A DNA stretch of 64,000 nt from the NCBI GenBank assembly GCA_053919585.1, contig CM132828.1; one strand, written 5' to 3'. Origin of the DNA: Euprymna scolopes. Its lineage: Eukaryota. The translations under genes were made by a program, and so were the position numbers. Positions 25,601 through 38,705 of the stretch are shown here, in pieces (position 1 is the first letter of the stretch; every line of letters begins with the position of its first letter). A model generated the notes under the pieces. The model saw only the letters and a list, made by a program, of their open reading frames with translations. It was not told the DNA's origin and ran no database searches.

Positions 25601-28499
25601 ATTTATTCGACAGCTTTTTTTTTGCCTACAGAATTGTTAAACATATCTTATTTATTCGACAGCTTTTTTTACCTACAGAGTTTTTAAACAGGTCTAATTT
25701 ATTCGACAGCTTTTTTTGCATACAGAGTTTTTAAACAGATCTAATTCATTCGACAGCTTTTTTTGCCTACAGAGTTTTTAAACAGATCTAATTCATTCGA
25801 CAGCTTTTTTTGCCTACAGAGTTTTTAAACAGATCTAATTTATTCGACAACTTTTTTGCCTACAGATTTTTTAAACAGATCTAATTTATTCGACAGCTTT
25901 TTTTTGCCTACAGAGTTTTTAAACAGATCTAATTTATTCGACGGCTTTTTTTGCCTACAGAGTTTTTAAACAGATCTAATTTATTCGACGGCTTTTTTTG
26001 CCTACAGAGTTTTTAAACAGATCTAATTTATTCGACAGCTTTTTTGCCTACAGAGTTTTAAAACAGATCTAATTTATTCGACAGCTTTTTTTGCCTACAG
26101 AGTTTTTAAACAGATCTAATTTATTCGACAGCTTCTTTTTTGCCTACAGAGTTTTTAAACAAATCTAATTTATTCGACAGCTTTTTTTTGCCTACAGACT
26201 TTTAAACAGATCTAATTTATTCGACAGCTTTTTTTTGCCTACAAAGTTTTTAAACAGATCTAATTTATTCGACAACTTTTTTTGCCTACAGAGTTTTTAA
26301 ACAGATCTAATTTGTTCGACAGCTTTTTTTTGCCTACACATTTTTTAAACAGATCTAATTTATACGACAGCTTTTTTTGCCTACAGAGTTTTTAAACAGG
26401 TCTAATTTATTCGACAGCTTTTTTGCCTACAGAATTTTTAAACAGATCTAATTTATTCGACAGCTTTTTTTTGCCTACAGAATTTTAAAACAGATCTAAT
26501 TTATTCGACAGCTTTTTTTGCCTACAGACTTTTTAAACAGATCTAATTTATTCGACAGCTTTTTTTTGCCTACAGAGTTTTTAAACAGATCTAATTTATT
26601 CGACAGTTTTTTTTTGCCTACAGATTTTTTAAACAGATCTAATTTATTCGACAGTTTTTTCTGCCTACAGAGTTTTTAAACAGATCTAATTTATTCGACA
26701 GCTTTTTTAGCCTACAGAGTTTTTAAACAGATCTAATTTATTCGACAGCTTTTTTGCCTACAGAGTTTTTAAACAGATCTAATTTGTTCGACAGCTTTTT
26801 TTTGCCTACAGATTTTTTAAACAGATCTAATTTATTCGACAGCTTTTTTTGCCTACAGAGTTTTTAAACAGGTCTTATTTATTCGACAGCTTTTTTGCCT
26901 ACAGAATTTTTAAACAGATCTAATTTATTCGACAGCTTTTTTTTGCCTACAGAGTTATTAAACAGATCTAATTTATTCGACAGCTTTTTTTGCCTACAGA
27001 GTTTTTAACAGATCTAATTTGTTCGACAGCTTTTTTTTGCCTACACATTTTTTAAACAGATCTAATTTATTCGACAGCTTTTTTTGCCTACAGAGTTTTT
27101 AAACAGATCTAATTTATTCGACAGCTTTTTTGCCTACAGAGTTTTTAAACAGATCTAATTTATTCGACAGCTTTTTTTGCATACAGAGTTTTTAAACAGA
27201 TCTAATTTATTCGACAGCTTTTTTGCCTACAGATTTTTAAAACAGATCTAATTTATTCGACAGCTTTTTTGCCTACAGACTTTTTAAACAGATCTAATTT
27301 ATTCGACAGCTTTTTTTTGCCTACAGAGTTTTTAAACAGATCTAATTTATTCGACAGCTTTTTTAGCCTACAGAGTTTTTAAACAGATCTAATTTATTCG
27401 ACAGCTTTTTTGCCTACAGAGTTTTTAAACAGATCTAATTTGTTCGACAGCTTTTTTTTGCCTACACATTTTTTAAACAGATCTAATTTATTCGACAGCT
27501 TTTTTTGCCTACAGAGTTTTTAAACAGGTCTTATTTATTCGACAGCTTTTTTGCCTACAGAATTTTTAAACAGATCTAATTTATTCGACAGCTTTTTTTT
27601 GCCTACAGAATTTTTAAACAGATCTAATTTATTCGACAGCTTTTTTTGCCTACAGAGGTTTAAAACAGATCTAATTTATTCGACAGCTTTTTTTGCCTAC
27701 AGACTTTTTAAACAGATCTAATTTATTCGACAGCTTTTTTTTGCCTACTGAGTTTTTAAACAGATCTAATTTATTCGACAGTTTTTTTTGCCTACAGAAT
27801 TTTTAAACAGATCTAATTCATTCGACAGCTTTTTTTGCCTACAGAGTTTTTAAACAGATCTAATTTATTCGACAGCTTTTTTAGCCTACAGAGTTTTTAA
27901 ACAGATCTAATTTATTCGACAGTTTGTTTTTTGCCTACAGATTTTTTAAACAGATCTAATTTATTCGACAGTTTTTTCTGCCTACAGAGTTTTTAAACAG
28001 ATCTAATTTGTTCGACAGCTTTTTTGCCTACAGAATTTTTAAACAGATCTAATTTATTCGACAGCTTTTTTTTGCCTACAGAGTTTTTAAACAGATCTAA
28101 TTTATTCGACAGCTTTTTTTTGCCTACAGACTTTTTAAACAGATCTAATTTATTCGACAGCTTTTTTTTTTGCCTACAGAGTTTTTAAACAGATCTAATT
28201 TATTCGACAGCTTTTTTTGCCTACAGACTTTTTAAACAGATCTAATTTATTCGACAGTTTTTTTTGCCTACAGAATTTTTAAACAGATCTAATTTATTCG
28301 ACAGCTTTTTTTTGCCTACAGAGTTTTTAAACAGATCTAATTTATTCGACAGCTTTTTTAGCCTACAGAGTTTTTAAACAGATCTAATTTATTCGACAGT
28401 TTGTTTTTTGCCTACAGATTTTTTAAACAGATCTAATTTATTCGACAGTTTTTTCTGCCTACAGAGTTTTTAAACAGATCTAATTTGTTCGACAGCTTT

Positions 28500-30590
28500 T
28501 TTGCCTACAGAATTTTTAAACAGATCTAATTTATTCGACAGCTTTTTTTTGCCTACAGAGTTTTTAAACAGATCTAATTTATTCGACAGCTTTTTTTTGC
28601 CTACAGACTTTTTAAACAGATCTAATTTATTCGACAGCTTTTTTTTTTGCCTACAGAGTTTTTAAACAGATCTAATTTATTCGACAGCTTTTTTTGCCTA
28701 CAGAGTTTTTAAACAGATCTAATTTATTCGACAGCTTTTTTTGCCTACAGAGTTTTTAAACAGATCTAATTTATTCGACAGCTTTTTTTTGCCTACAGAG
28801 TTTTTAAACAGATCTAATTTATTCGACAGCTTTTTTTGCCTACAGATTTTTTAAACAGATCTAATTTGTTCGACAGCTTTTTTTTGCCTACACATTTTTT
28901 AGACAGATCTAATTTATTCGACAGCTTTTTTTACCTACAGAGTTTTTAAACAGATCTAATTTATTCGACAGTTTTTTTTTGCCTACAGAGTTTTTAAACA
29001 GATCTAATTTATTCGACAGCTTTTTTTGCCTACAGAATTTTTAAACAGATCTAATTTATTCGACAGCTTTTTTTTGCCTACAGAGTTTTTAAACAGATCT
29101 AATTTATTCGACAGCTTTTTTTTTCCTACAGACTTTTTAAACAGATCTAATTTATTCGACAGCTTTTTTTTGCCTACAGAGTTTTTAAACAGATCTAATT
29201 TATTCGACAGCTTTTTTTGCCTACAGAGTTTTTAAACAGATCTAATTTGTTCGACAGCTTTTTTTTGCCTACACATTTTTTAAACAGATCTAATTTATTC
29301 GACAGCTTTTTTTGCTTACAGAGTTTTTAAACAGATCTAATTTATTCGACAGCTTTTTTGCCTACAGAGTTTTTAAACAGATCTAATTTATTCGACAGCT
29401 TTTTTGCCTACAGATTTTTAAAACAGATCTAATTTATTCGACAGCTTTTTTGCCTACAGACTTTTTAAACAGATCTAATTTATTCGACAGCTTTTTTGCA
29501 TACAGAGTTTTTAAACAGGTCTAATTTATTCGACAGCTTTTTTTGCTTACAGAGTTTTTAAACAGATCTAATTTATTCGACAGCTTTTTTGCCTACAGAA
29601 TTTTTAAACAGATCTAATTTATTCGACAGCTTTTTTTTGCCTACAGAGTTTTTAAACAGATCTAATTTATTCGACAGCTTTTTTTTGCCTACAGACTTTT
29701 TAAACAGATCTAATTTATTCGACAGCTTTTTTTTTTGCCTACAGAGTTTTTAAACAGATCTAATTTATTCGACAGCTTTTTTTGCCTACAGAGTTTTTAA
29801 ACAGATCTAATTTATTCGACAGCTTTTTTTGCCTACAGAGTTTTTAAACAGATCTAATTTATTCGACAGCTTTTTTTTGCCTACAGAGTTTTTAAACAGA
29901 TCTAATTTATTCGACAGCTTTTTTTGCCTACAGATTTTTTAAACAGATCTAATTTGTTCGACAGCTTTTTTTTGCCTACACATTTTTTAGACAGATCTAA
30001 TTTATTCGACAGCTTTTTTTACCTACAGAGTTTTTAAACAGATCTAATTTATTCGACAGTTTTTTTTTGCCTACAGAGTTTTTAAACAGATCTAATTTAT
30101 TCGACAGCTTTTTTTGCCTACAGAATTTTTAAACAGATCTAATTTATTCGACAGCTTTTTTTTGCCTACAGAGTTTTTAAACAGATCTAATTTATTCGAC
30201 AGCTTTTTTTTTCCTACAGACTTTTTAAACAGATCTAATTTATTCGACAGCTTTTTTTTGCCTACAGAGTTTTTAAACAGATCTAATTTATTCGACAGCT
30301 TTTTTTGCCTACAGAGTTTTTAAACAGATCTAATTTGTTCGACAGCTTTTTTTTGCCTACACATTTTTTAAACAGATCTAATTTATTCGACAGCTTTTTT
30401 TGCTTACAGAGTTTTTAAACAGATCTAATTTATTCGACAGCTTTTTTGCCTACAGAGTTTTTAAACAGATCTAATTTATTCGACAGCTTTTTTGCCTACA
30501 GATTTTTAAAACAGATCTAATTTATTCGACAGCTTTTTTGCCTACAGACTTTTTTTGCTTACAGAGTTTTTAAACAGATCTAATTTATTC
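28500..30590. repeat. Local tandem duplication, period 1,088 bp (23 monomers)
   Basis: Identical ORF-track translations at 29026 and 30114. The TTTAGACAG, TTTTCCTACAGAC and GCTTACAG variants repeat at this offset. Confidence 0.85.
30540..30556. repeat. Truncated 17-bp monomer GCCTACAGACTTTTTTT (copy 1 of 3)
   Basis: Read directly: GCCTACAGAC-T7 is followed immediately by GCTTACAGAG. Confidence 0.95.
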
Positions 30591-33500
30591 GACAGCTTTT
30601 TTTGCATACAGAGTTTTTAAACAGATCTAATTTATTCGACAGCTTTTTTGCCTACAGATTTTTAAAACAGATCTAATTTATTCGACAGCTTTTTTGCCTA
30701 CAGACTTTTTAAACAGATCTAATTTATTCGACAGCTTTTTTTTGCCTACAGAGTTTTTAAACAGATCTAATTTATTCGACAGCTTTTTTAGCCTACAGAG
30801 TTTTTAAACAGATCTAATTTATTCGACAGCTTTTTTTTTGCCTACAGAGTTTTTAAACATATCTAATTTATTCGACAGCTTTTTTTACCTACAGAGTTTT
30901 TAAACAGGTCTAATTTATTCGACAGCTTTTTTTGCATACAGAGTTTTTAAACAGATCTAATTCATTCGACAGCTTTTTTTGCCTACAGAGTTTTTAAACA
31001 GATCTAATTCATTCGACAGCTTTTTTTGCCTACAGAGTTTTTAATCAGATCTAATTTATTCGACAACTTTTTTGCCTACAGATTTTTTAAACAGATCTAA
31101 TTTATTCGACAGCTTTTTTTTGCCTACAGAGTTTTTAAACAGATCTAATTTATTCGACGGCTTTTTTTGCCTACAGAGTTTTTAAACAGATCTAATTTAT
31201 TCGACAGCTTTTTTTGCCTACAGAGTTTTTAAACAGATCTAATTTATTCGACAGTTTTTTTTGCCTAAAGAGTTTTTAAACAGATCTAATTTATTCGACA
31301 GCTTTTTTGCCTACAGAGTTTTAAAACAGATCTAATTTATTCGACAGCTTTTTTTGCCTACAGAGTTTTTAAACAGATCTAATTTATTCGACAGCTTTTT
31401 TTGCCTACAGAGTTTTTAAACAGATCTAATTTATTCGACAGCTTTTTTTTGCCTACAGACTTTTTAAACAGATCTAATTTATTCGACAGCTTTTTTTTGC
31501 CTACAGAGTTTTTAAACAGGTCTAATTTATTCGACAGCTTTTTTTGCATACAGAGTTTTTAAACAGATCTAATTCATTCGACAGCTTTTTTTGCCTACAG
31601 AGTTTTTAAACAGATCTAATTCATTCGACAGCTTTTTTTGCCTACAGAGTTTTTAATCAGATCTAATTTATTCGACAACTTTTTTGCCTACAGATTTTTT
31701 AAACAGATCTAATTTATTCGACAGCTTTTTTTTGCCTACAGAGTTTTTAAACAGATCTAATTTATTCGACGGCTTTTTTTGCCTACAGAGTTTTTAAACA
31801 GATCTAATTTATTCGACAGCTTTTTTTGCCTACAGAGTTTTTAAACAGATCTAATTTATTCGACAGTTTTTTTTGCCTAAAGAGTTTTTAAACAGATCTA
31901 ATTTATTCGACAGCTTTTTTTTGCCTACAGAGTTTTTAAACAGATCTAATTTATTCGACAGCTTTTTTTGCCTACAGAGTTTTTAAACAGATCTAATTTA
32001 TTCGACAGCTTTTTTTTGCCTACAGAGTTTTAAAACAGATCTAATTTATTCGACAGCTTTTTTTGCCTACAGACTTTTTAAACAGATCTAATTTATTCGA
32101 CAGCTTTTTTTTGCCTACAGAATTTTTAAACAGATCTAATTTATTCGACAGCTTTTTTTGCCTACAGAGTTTTTAAACAGATCTAATTTATTCGACAGCT
32201 TTTTTAGCCTACAGAGTTTTTAAACAGATCTAATTTATTAGACAGCTTTTTTTACCTACAGAGTTTTTAAACAGGTCTAATTTATTCGACAGCTTTTTTT
32301 GCCTACAGAGTTTTTAAACAGATCTAATTTATTCGACAGCTTTTTTTGCCTACAGAATTTTTAAACAGATCTAATTCATTCGACAGCTTTTTTTGCATAC
32401 AGAGTTTTTAAACAGATCTAATTTATTCGACAGCTTTTTTGCCTACAGACTTTTTAAACAGATCTAATTTATTCGACAGCTTTTTTTTGCCTACAGAGTT
32501 TTTAAACAGATCTAATTTATTCGACAGTTTTTTTTGCCTACAGAATTTTTAAACAGATCTAATTTATTCGACAGCTTTTTTTGCCTACAGAGTTTTTAAA
32601 CATATCTAATTTATTCGACAGCTTTTTTTACCTACAGAGTTTTTAAACAGGTCTAATTTATTCGACAGCTTTTTTTGCCTACAGAGTTTTTAAACAGATC
32701 TAATTTATTCGACAGCTTTTTTTGCCTACAGAATTTTTAAACAGATCTAATTCATTCGACAGCTTTTTTTGCATACAGAGTTTTTAAACAGATCTAATTT
32801 ATTCGACAGCTTTTTTGCCTACAGACTTTTTAAACAGATCTAATTTATTCGACAGCTTTTTTGCATACAGAGTTTTTAAACAGGTCTAATTTATTCGACA
32901 GTTTGTTTTTTGCCTACAGATTTTTTAAACAGATCTAATTTATTCGACAGCTTTTTTTGCCTACAGAGTTTTTAAACAGATCAAATTTGTTCGACAGCTT
33001 TTTTTTGCCTACACATTTTTTAAACAGATCTAATTTATTCGACAGCTTTGTTTGCCTACAGAGTTTTTAAACAGATCTAATTTATTCGACAGTTTTTTTT
33101 TGCCTACAGAGTTTTTAAACAGATCTAATTCATTCGACAGCTTTTTTTGCATACAGAGTTTTTAAACAGATCTAATTCATTCGACAGCTTTTTTTGCCTA
33201 CAGAGTTTTTAAACAGATCTAATTCATTCGACAGCTTTTTTTTTGCCTACAGAATTGTTAAACATATCTTATTTATTCGACAGCTTTTTTTACCTACAGA
33301 GTTTTTAAACAGGTCTAATTTATTCGACAGCTTTTTTTGCATACAGAGTTTTTAAACAGATCTAATTCATTCGACAGCTTTTTTTGCCTACAGAGTTTTT
33401 AAACAGATCTAATTCATTCGACAGCTTTTTTTGCCTACAGAGTTTTTAAACAGATCTAATTTATTCGACAACTTTTTTGCCTACAGATTTTTTAAACAGA

Positions 33501-36500
33501 TCTAATTTATTCGACAGCTTTTTTTTGCCTACAGAGTTTTTAAACAGATCTAATTTATTCGACAGCTTTTTTTGCCTACAGAGTTTTTAAACAGATCTAA
33601 TTTATTCGACAGCTTTTTTTGCCTAAAGAGTTTTTAAACAGATCTAATTTATTCGACAGCTTTTTTGCCTACAGAGTTTTAAAACAGATCTAATTTATTC
33701 GACAGCTTTTTTTGCCTACAGAGTTTTTAAACAGATCTAATTTATTCGACAGCTTCTTTTTTGCCTACAGAGTTTTTAAACAAATCTAATTTATTCGACA
33801 GCTTTTTTTTGCCTACAGACTTTTAAACAGATCTAATTTATTCGACAGCTTTTTTTTGCCTACAAAGTTTTTAAACAGATCTAATTTATTCGACAACTTT
33901 TTTTGCCTACAGAGTTTTTAAACAGATCTAATTTGTTCGACAGCTTTTTTTTGCCTACACATTTTTTAAACAGATCTAATTTATACGACAGCTTTTTTTG
34001 CCTACAGAGTTTTTAAACAGGTCTAATTTATTCGACAGCTTTTTTGCCTACAGAATTTTTAAACAGATCTAATTTATTCGACAGCTTTTTTTTGCCTACA
34101 GAATTTTAAAACAGATCTAATTTATTCGACAGCTTTTTTGCCTACAGACTTTTTAAACAGATCTAATTTATTCGACAGCTTTTTTTGCCTACAGAGTTTT
34201 TAAACAGATCTAATTTATTCGACAGTTTTTTTTTGCCTACAGAATTTTTAAACAGATCTTATTTATTCGACAGCTTTTTTTGCCTACAGAGTTTTTAAAC
34301 AGATCTAATTTATTCGACAGCTTTTTTAGCCCACAGAGTTTTTAAACAGATCTAATTTATTCGACAGTTTGTTTTTTGCCTCCAGATTTTTTAAACAGAT
34401 CTAATTTATTCGACAGTTTTTTCTGCCTACAGAGTTTTTAAACAGATCTAATTTATTCGACAGCTTTTTTAGCCTACAGAGTTTTTAAACAGATCTAATT
34501 TATTCGACAGCTTTTTTGCCTACAGAGTTTTTAAACAGATCTAATTTGTTCGACAGCTTTTTTTTGCCTACACATTTTTTAAACAGATCTAATTTATTCG
34601 ACAGCTTTTTTTGCCTACAGAGTTTTTAAACAGATCTAATTTATTCGACAGCTTTTTTGCCTACAGAGTTTTTAAACAGATCTAATTTATTCGACAGCTT
34701 TTTTTGCATACAGAGTTTTTAAACAGATCTAATTTATTCGACAGCTTTTTTGCCTACAGATTTTTACAACAGATCTAATTTATTCGACAGCTTTTTTGCC
34801 TACAGACTTTTTAAACAGATCTAATTTATTCGACAGCTTTTTTTTGCCTACAGAGTTTTTAAACAGATCTAATTTATTCGACAGCTTTTTTAGCCTACAG
34901 AGTTTTTAAACAGATCTAATTTATTCGACAGCTTTTTTGCCTACAGAGTTTTTAAACAGATCTAATTTGTTCGACAGCTTTTTTTTGCCTACACATTTTT
35001 TAAACAGATCTAATTTATTCGACAGCTTTTTTTGCCTACAGAGTTTTTAAACAGGTCTTATTTATTCGACAGCTTTTTTGCCTACAGAATTTTTAAACAG
35101 ATCTAATTTATTCGACAGCTTTTTTTTGCCTACAGAATTTTTAAACAGATCTAATTTATTCGACAGCTTTTTTTGCCTACAGAGGTTTAAAACAGATCTA
35201 ATTTATTCGACAGCTTTTTTTGCCTACAGACTTTTTAAACAGATCTAATTTATTCGACAGCTTTTTTTTGCCTACAGAGTTTTTAAACAGATCTAATTTA
35301 TTCGACAGTTTTTTTTGCCTACAGAATTTTTAAACAGATCTAATTTATTCGACAGCTTTTTTTGCCTACAGAGTTTTTAAACAGATCTAATTTATTCGAC
35401 AGCTTTTTTAGCCTACAGAGTTTTTAAACAGATCTAATTTATTCGACAGTTTGTTTTTTGCCTACAGATTTTTTAAACAGATCTAATTTATTCGACAGTT
35501 TTTTCTGCCTACAGAGTTTTTAAACAGATCTAATTTGTTCGACAGCTTTTTTGCCTACAGAATTTTTAAACAGATCTAATTTATTCGACAGCTTTTTTTT
35601 GCCTACAGAGTTTTTAAACAGATCTAATTTATTCGACAGCTTTTTTTTGCCTACAGACTTTTTAAACAGATCTAATTTATTCGACAGCTTTTTTTTTGCC
35701 TACAGAGTTTTTAAACAGATCTAATTTATTCGACAGCTTTTTTTGCCTACAGAGTTTTTAAACAGATCTAATTTATTCGACAGCTTTTTTTGCCTACAGA
35801 GTTTTTAAACAGATCTAATTTATTCGACAGCTTTTTTTTGCCTACAGAGTTTTTAAACAGATCTAATTTATTCGACAGCTTTTTTTGCCTACAGATTTTT
35901 TAAACAGATCTAATTTGTTCGACAGCTTTTTTTTGCCTACACATTTTTTAGACAGATCTAATTTATTCGACAGCTTTTTTTGCCTACAGAGTTTTTAAAC
36001 AGATCTAATTTATTCGACAGTTTTTTTTTGCCTACAGAGTTTTTAAACAGATCTAATTTATTCGACAGCTTTTTTTGCCTACAGACTTTTTAAACAGATC
36101 TAATTTATTCGACAGCTTTTTTTTGCCTACAGAGTTTTTAAACAGATCTAATTTATTCGACAGCTTTTTTTTTCCTACAGACTTTTTAAACAGATCTAAT
36201 TTATTCGACAGCTTTTTTTTGCCTACAGAGTTTTTAAACAGATCTAATTTATTCGACAGCTTTTTTTGCCTACAGAGTTTTTACACAGATCTAATTTGTT
36301 CGACAGCTTTTTTTTGCCTACACATTTTTTAAACAGATCTAATTTATTCGACAGCTTTTTTTGCTTACAGAGTTTTTAAACAGATCTAATTTATTCGACA
36401 GCTTTTTTGCCTACAGAGTTTTTAAACAGATCTAATTTATTCGACAGCTTTTTTGCCTACAGATTTTTAAAACAGATCTAATTTATTCGACAGCTTTTTT

Positions 36501-36517
36501 GCCTACAGACTTTTTTT
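36501..36517. repeat. Truncated 17-bp monomer (copy 2 of 3)
   Basis: Same junction, GCCTACAGACTTTTTTTGCTTACAG. Confidence 0.95.
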
Positions 36518-38688
36518 GCTTACAGAGTTTTTAAACAGATCTAATTTATTCGACAGCTTTTTTTGCATACAGAGTTTTTTAACAGATCTAATTTATTCGA
36601 CAGCTTTTTTGCCTACAGATTTTTAAAACAGATCTAATTTATTCGACAGCTTTTTTGCCTACAGACTTTTTAAACAGATCTAATTTATTCGACAGCTTTT
36701 TTTTGCCTACAGAGTTTTTAAACAGATCTAATTTATTCGACAGCTTTTTTAGCCTACAGAGTTTTTAAACAGATCTAATTTATTCGACAGCTTTTTTTTT
36801 GCCTACAGAGTTTTTAAACATATCTAATTTATTCGACAGCTTTTTTTACCTACAGAGTTTTTAAACAGGTCTAATTTATTCGACAGCTTTTTTTGCATAC
36901 AGAGTTTTTAAACAGATCTAATTCATTCGACAGCTTTTTTTGCCTACAGAGTTTTTAAACAGATCTAATTCATTCGACAGCTTTTTTTGCCTACAGAGTT
37001 TTTAATCAGATCTAATTTATTCGACAACTTTTTTGCCTACAGATTTTTTAAACAGATCTAATTTATTCGACAGCTTTTTTTTGCCTACAGAGTTTTTAAA
37101 CAGATCTAATTTATTCGACGGCTTTTTTTGCCTACAGAGTTTTTAAACAGATCTCATTTATTCGACAGCTTTTTTTGCCTACAGAGTTTTTAAACAGATC
37201 TAATTTATTCGACAGTTTTTTTTGCCTAAAGAGTTTTTAAACAGATCTAATTTATTCGACAGCTTTTTTGCCTACAGAGTTTTAAAACAGATCTAATTTA
37301 TTCGACAGCTTTTTTTGCCTACAGAGTTTTTAAACAGATCTAATTTATTCGACAGCTTTTTTTGCCTACAGAGTTTTTAAACAGATCTAATTTATTCGAC
37401 AGCTTTTTTTGCCTACAGACTTTTTAAACAGATCTAATTTATTCGACAGCTTTTTTTTGCCTACAGAGTTTTTAAACAGATCTAATTTATTCGACAGTTT
37501 TTTTTGCCTACAGAATTTTTAAACAGATCTAATTTATTCGACAGCTTTTTTTGCCTACAGAGTTTTTAAACAGATCTAATTTATTCGACAGCTTTTTTAG
37601 CCTACAGAGTTTTTAAACAGATCTAATTTATTCGACAGTTTGTTTTTTGCCTACAGATTTTTTAAACAGATCTAATTTATTCGACAGTTTTTTCTGCCTA
37701 CAGAGTTTTTAAACAGATCTAATTTGTTCGACAGCTTTTTTGCCTACAGAATTTTAAACAGATCTAATTTATTCGACAGCTTTTTTTTGCCTACAGAGTT
37801 TTTAAACAGATCTAATTTATTCGACAGCTTTTTTTTGCCTACAGACTTTTTAAACAGATCTAATTTATTCGACAGCTTTTTTTTTGCCTACAGAGTTTTT
37901 AAACAGATCTACTTTATTCGACAGCTTTTTTTGCCTACAGAGTTTTTAAACAGATCTAATTTATTCGACAGCTTTTTTTGCCTACAGAGTTTTTAAACAG
38001 ATCTAATTTATTCGACAGCTTTTTTTTGCCTACAGAGTTTTTAAACAGATCTAATTTATTCGACAGCTTTTTTTGCCTACAGATTTTTTAAACAGATCTA
38101 ATTTGTTCGACAGCTTTTTTTTGCCTACACATTTTTTAGACAGATCTAATTTATTCGACAGCTTTTTTTGCCTACAGAGTTTTTAAACAGATCTAATTTA
38201 TTCGACAGTTTTTTTTTGCCTACAGAGTTTTTAAACAGATCTAATTTATTCGACAGCTTTTTTTGCCTACAGAATTTTTAAACAGATCTAATTTATTCGA
38301 CAGCTTTTTTTTGCCTACAGAGTTTTTAAACAGATCTAATTTATTCGACAGCTTTTTTTTTCCTACAGACTTTTTAAACAGATCTAATTTATTCGACAGC
38401 TTTTTTTTGCCTACAGAGTTTTTAAACAGATCTAATTTATTCGACAGCTTTTTTTGCCTACAGAGTTTTTACACAGATCTAATTTGTTCGACAGCTTTTT
38501 TTTGCCTACACATTTTTTAAACAGATCTAATTTATTCGACAGCTTTTTTTGCTTACAGAGTTTTTAAACAGATCTAATTTATTCGACAGCTTTTTTGCCT
38601 ACAGAGTTTTTAAACAGATCTAATTTATTCGACAGCTTTTTTGCCTACAGATTTTTAAAACAGATCTAATTTATTCGACAGCTTTTTT

Positions 38689-38705
38689 GCCTACAGACTT
38701 TTTTT
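38689..38705. repeat. Truncated 17-bp monomer (copy 3 of 3)
   Basis: Same junction, GCCTACAGACTTTTTTTGCTTACAG. Confidence 0.95.
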
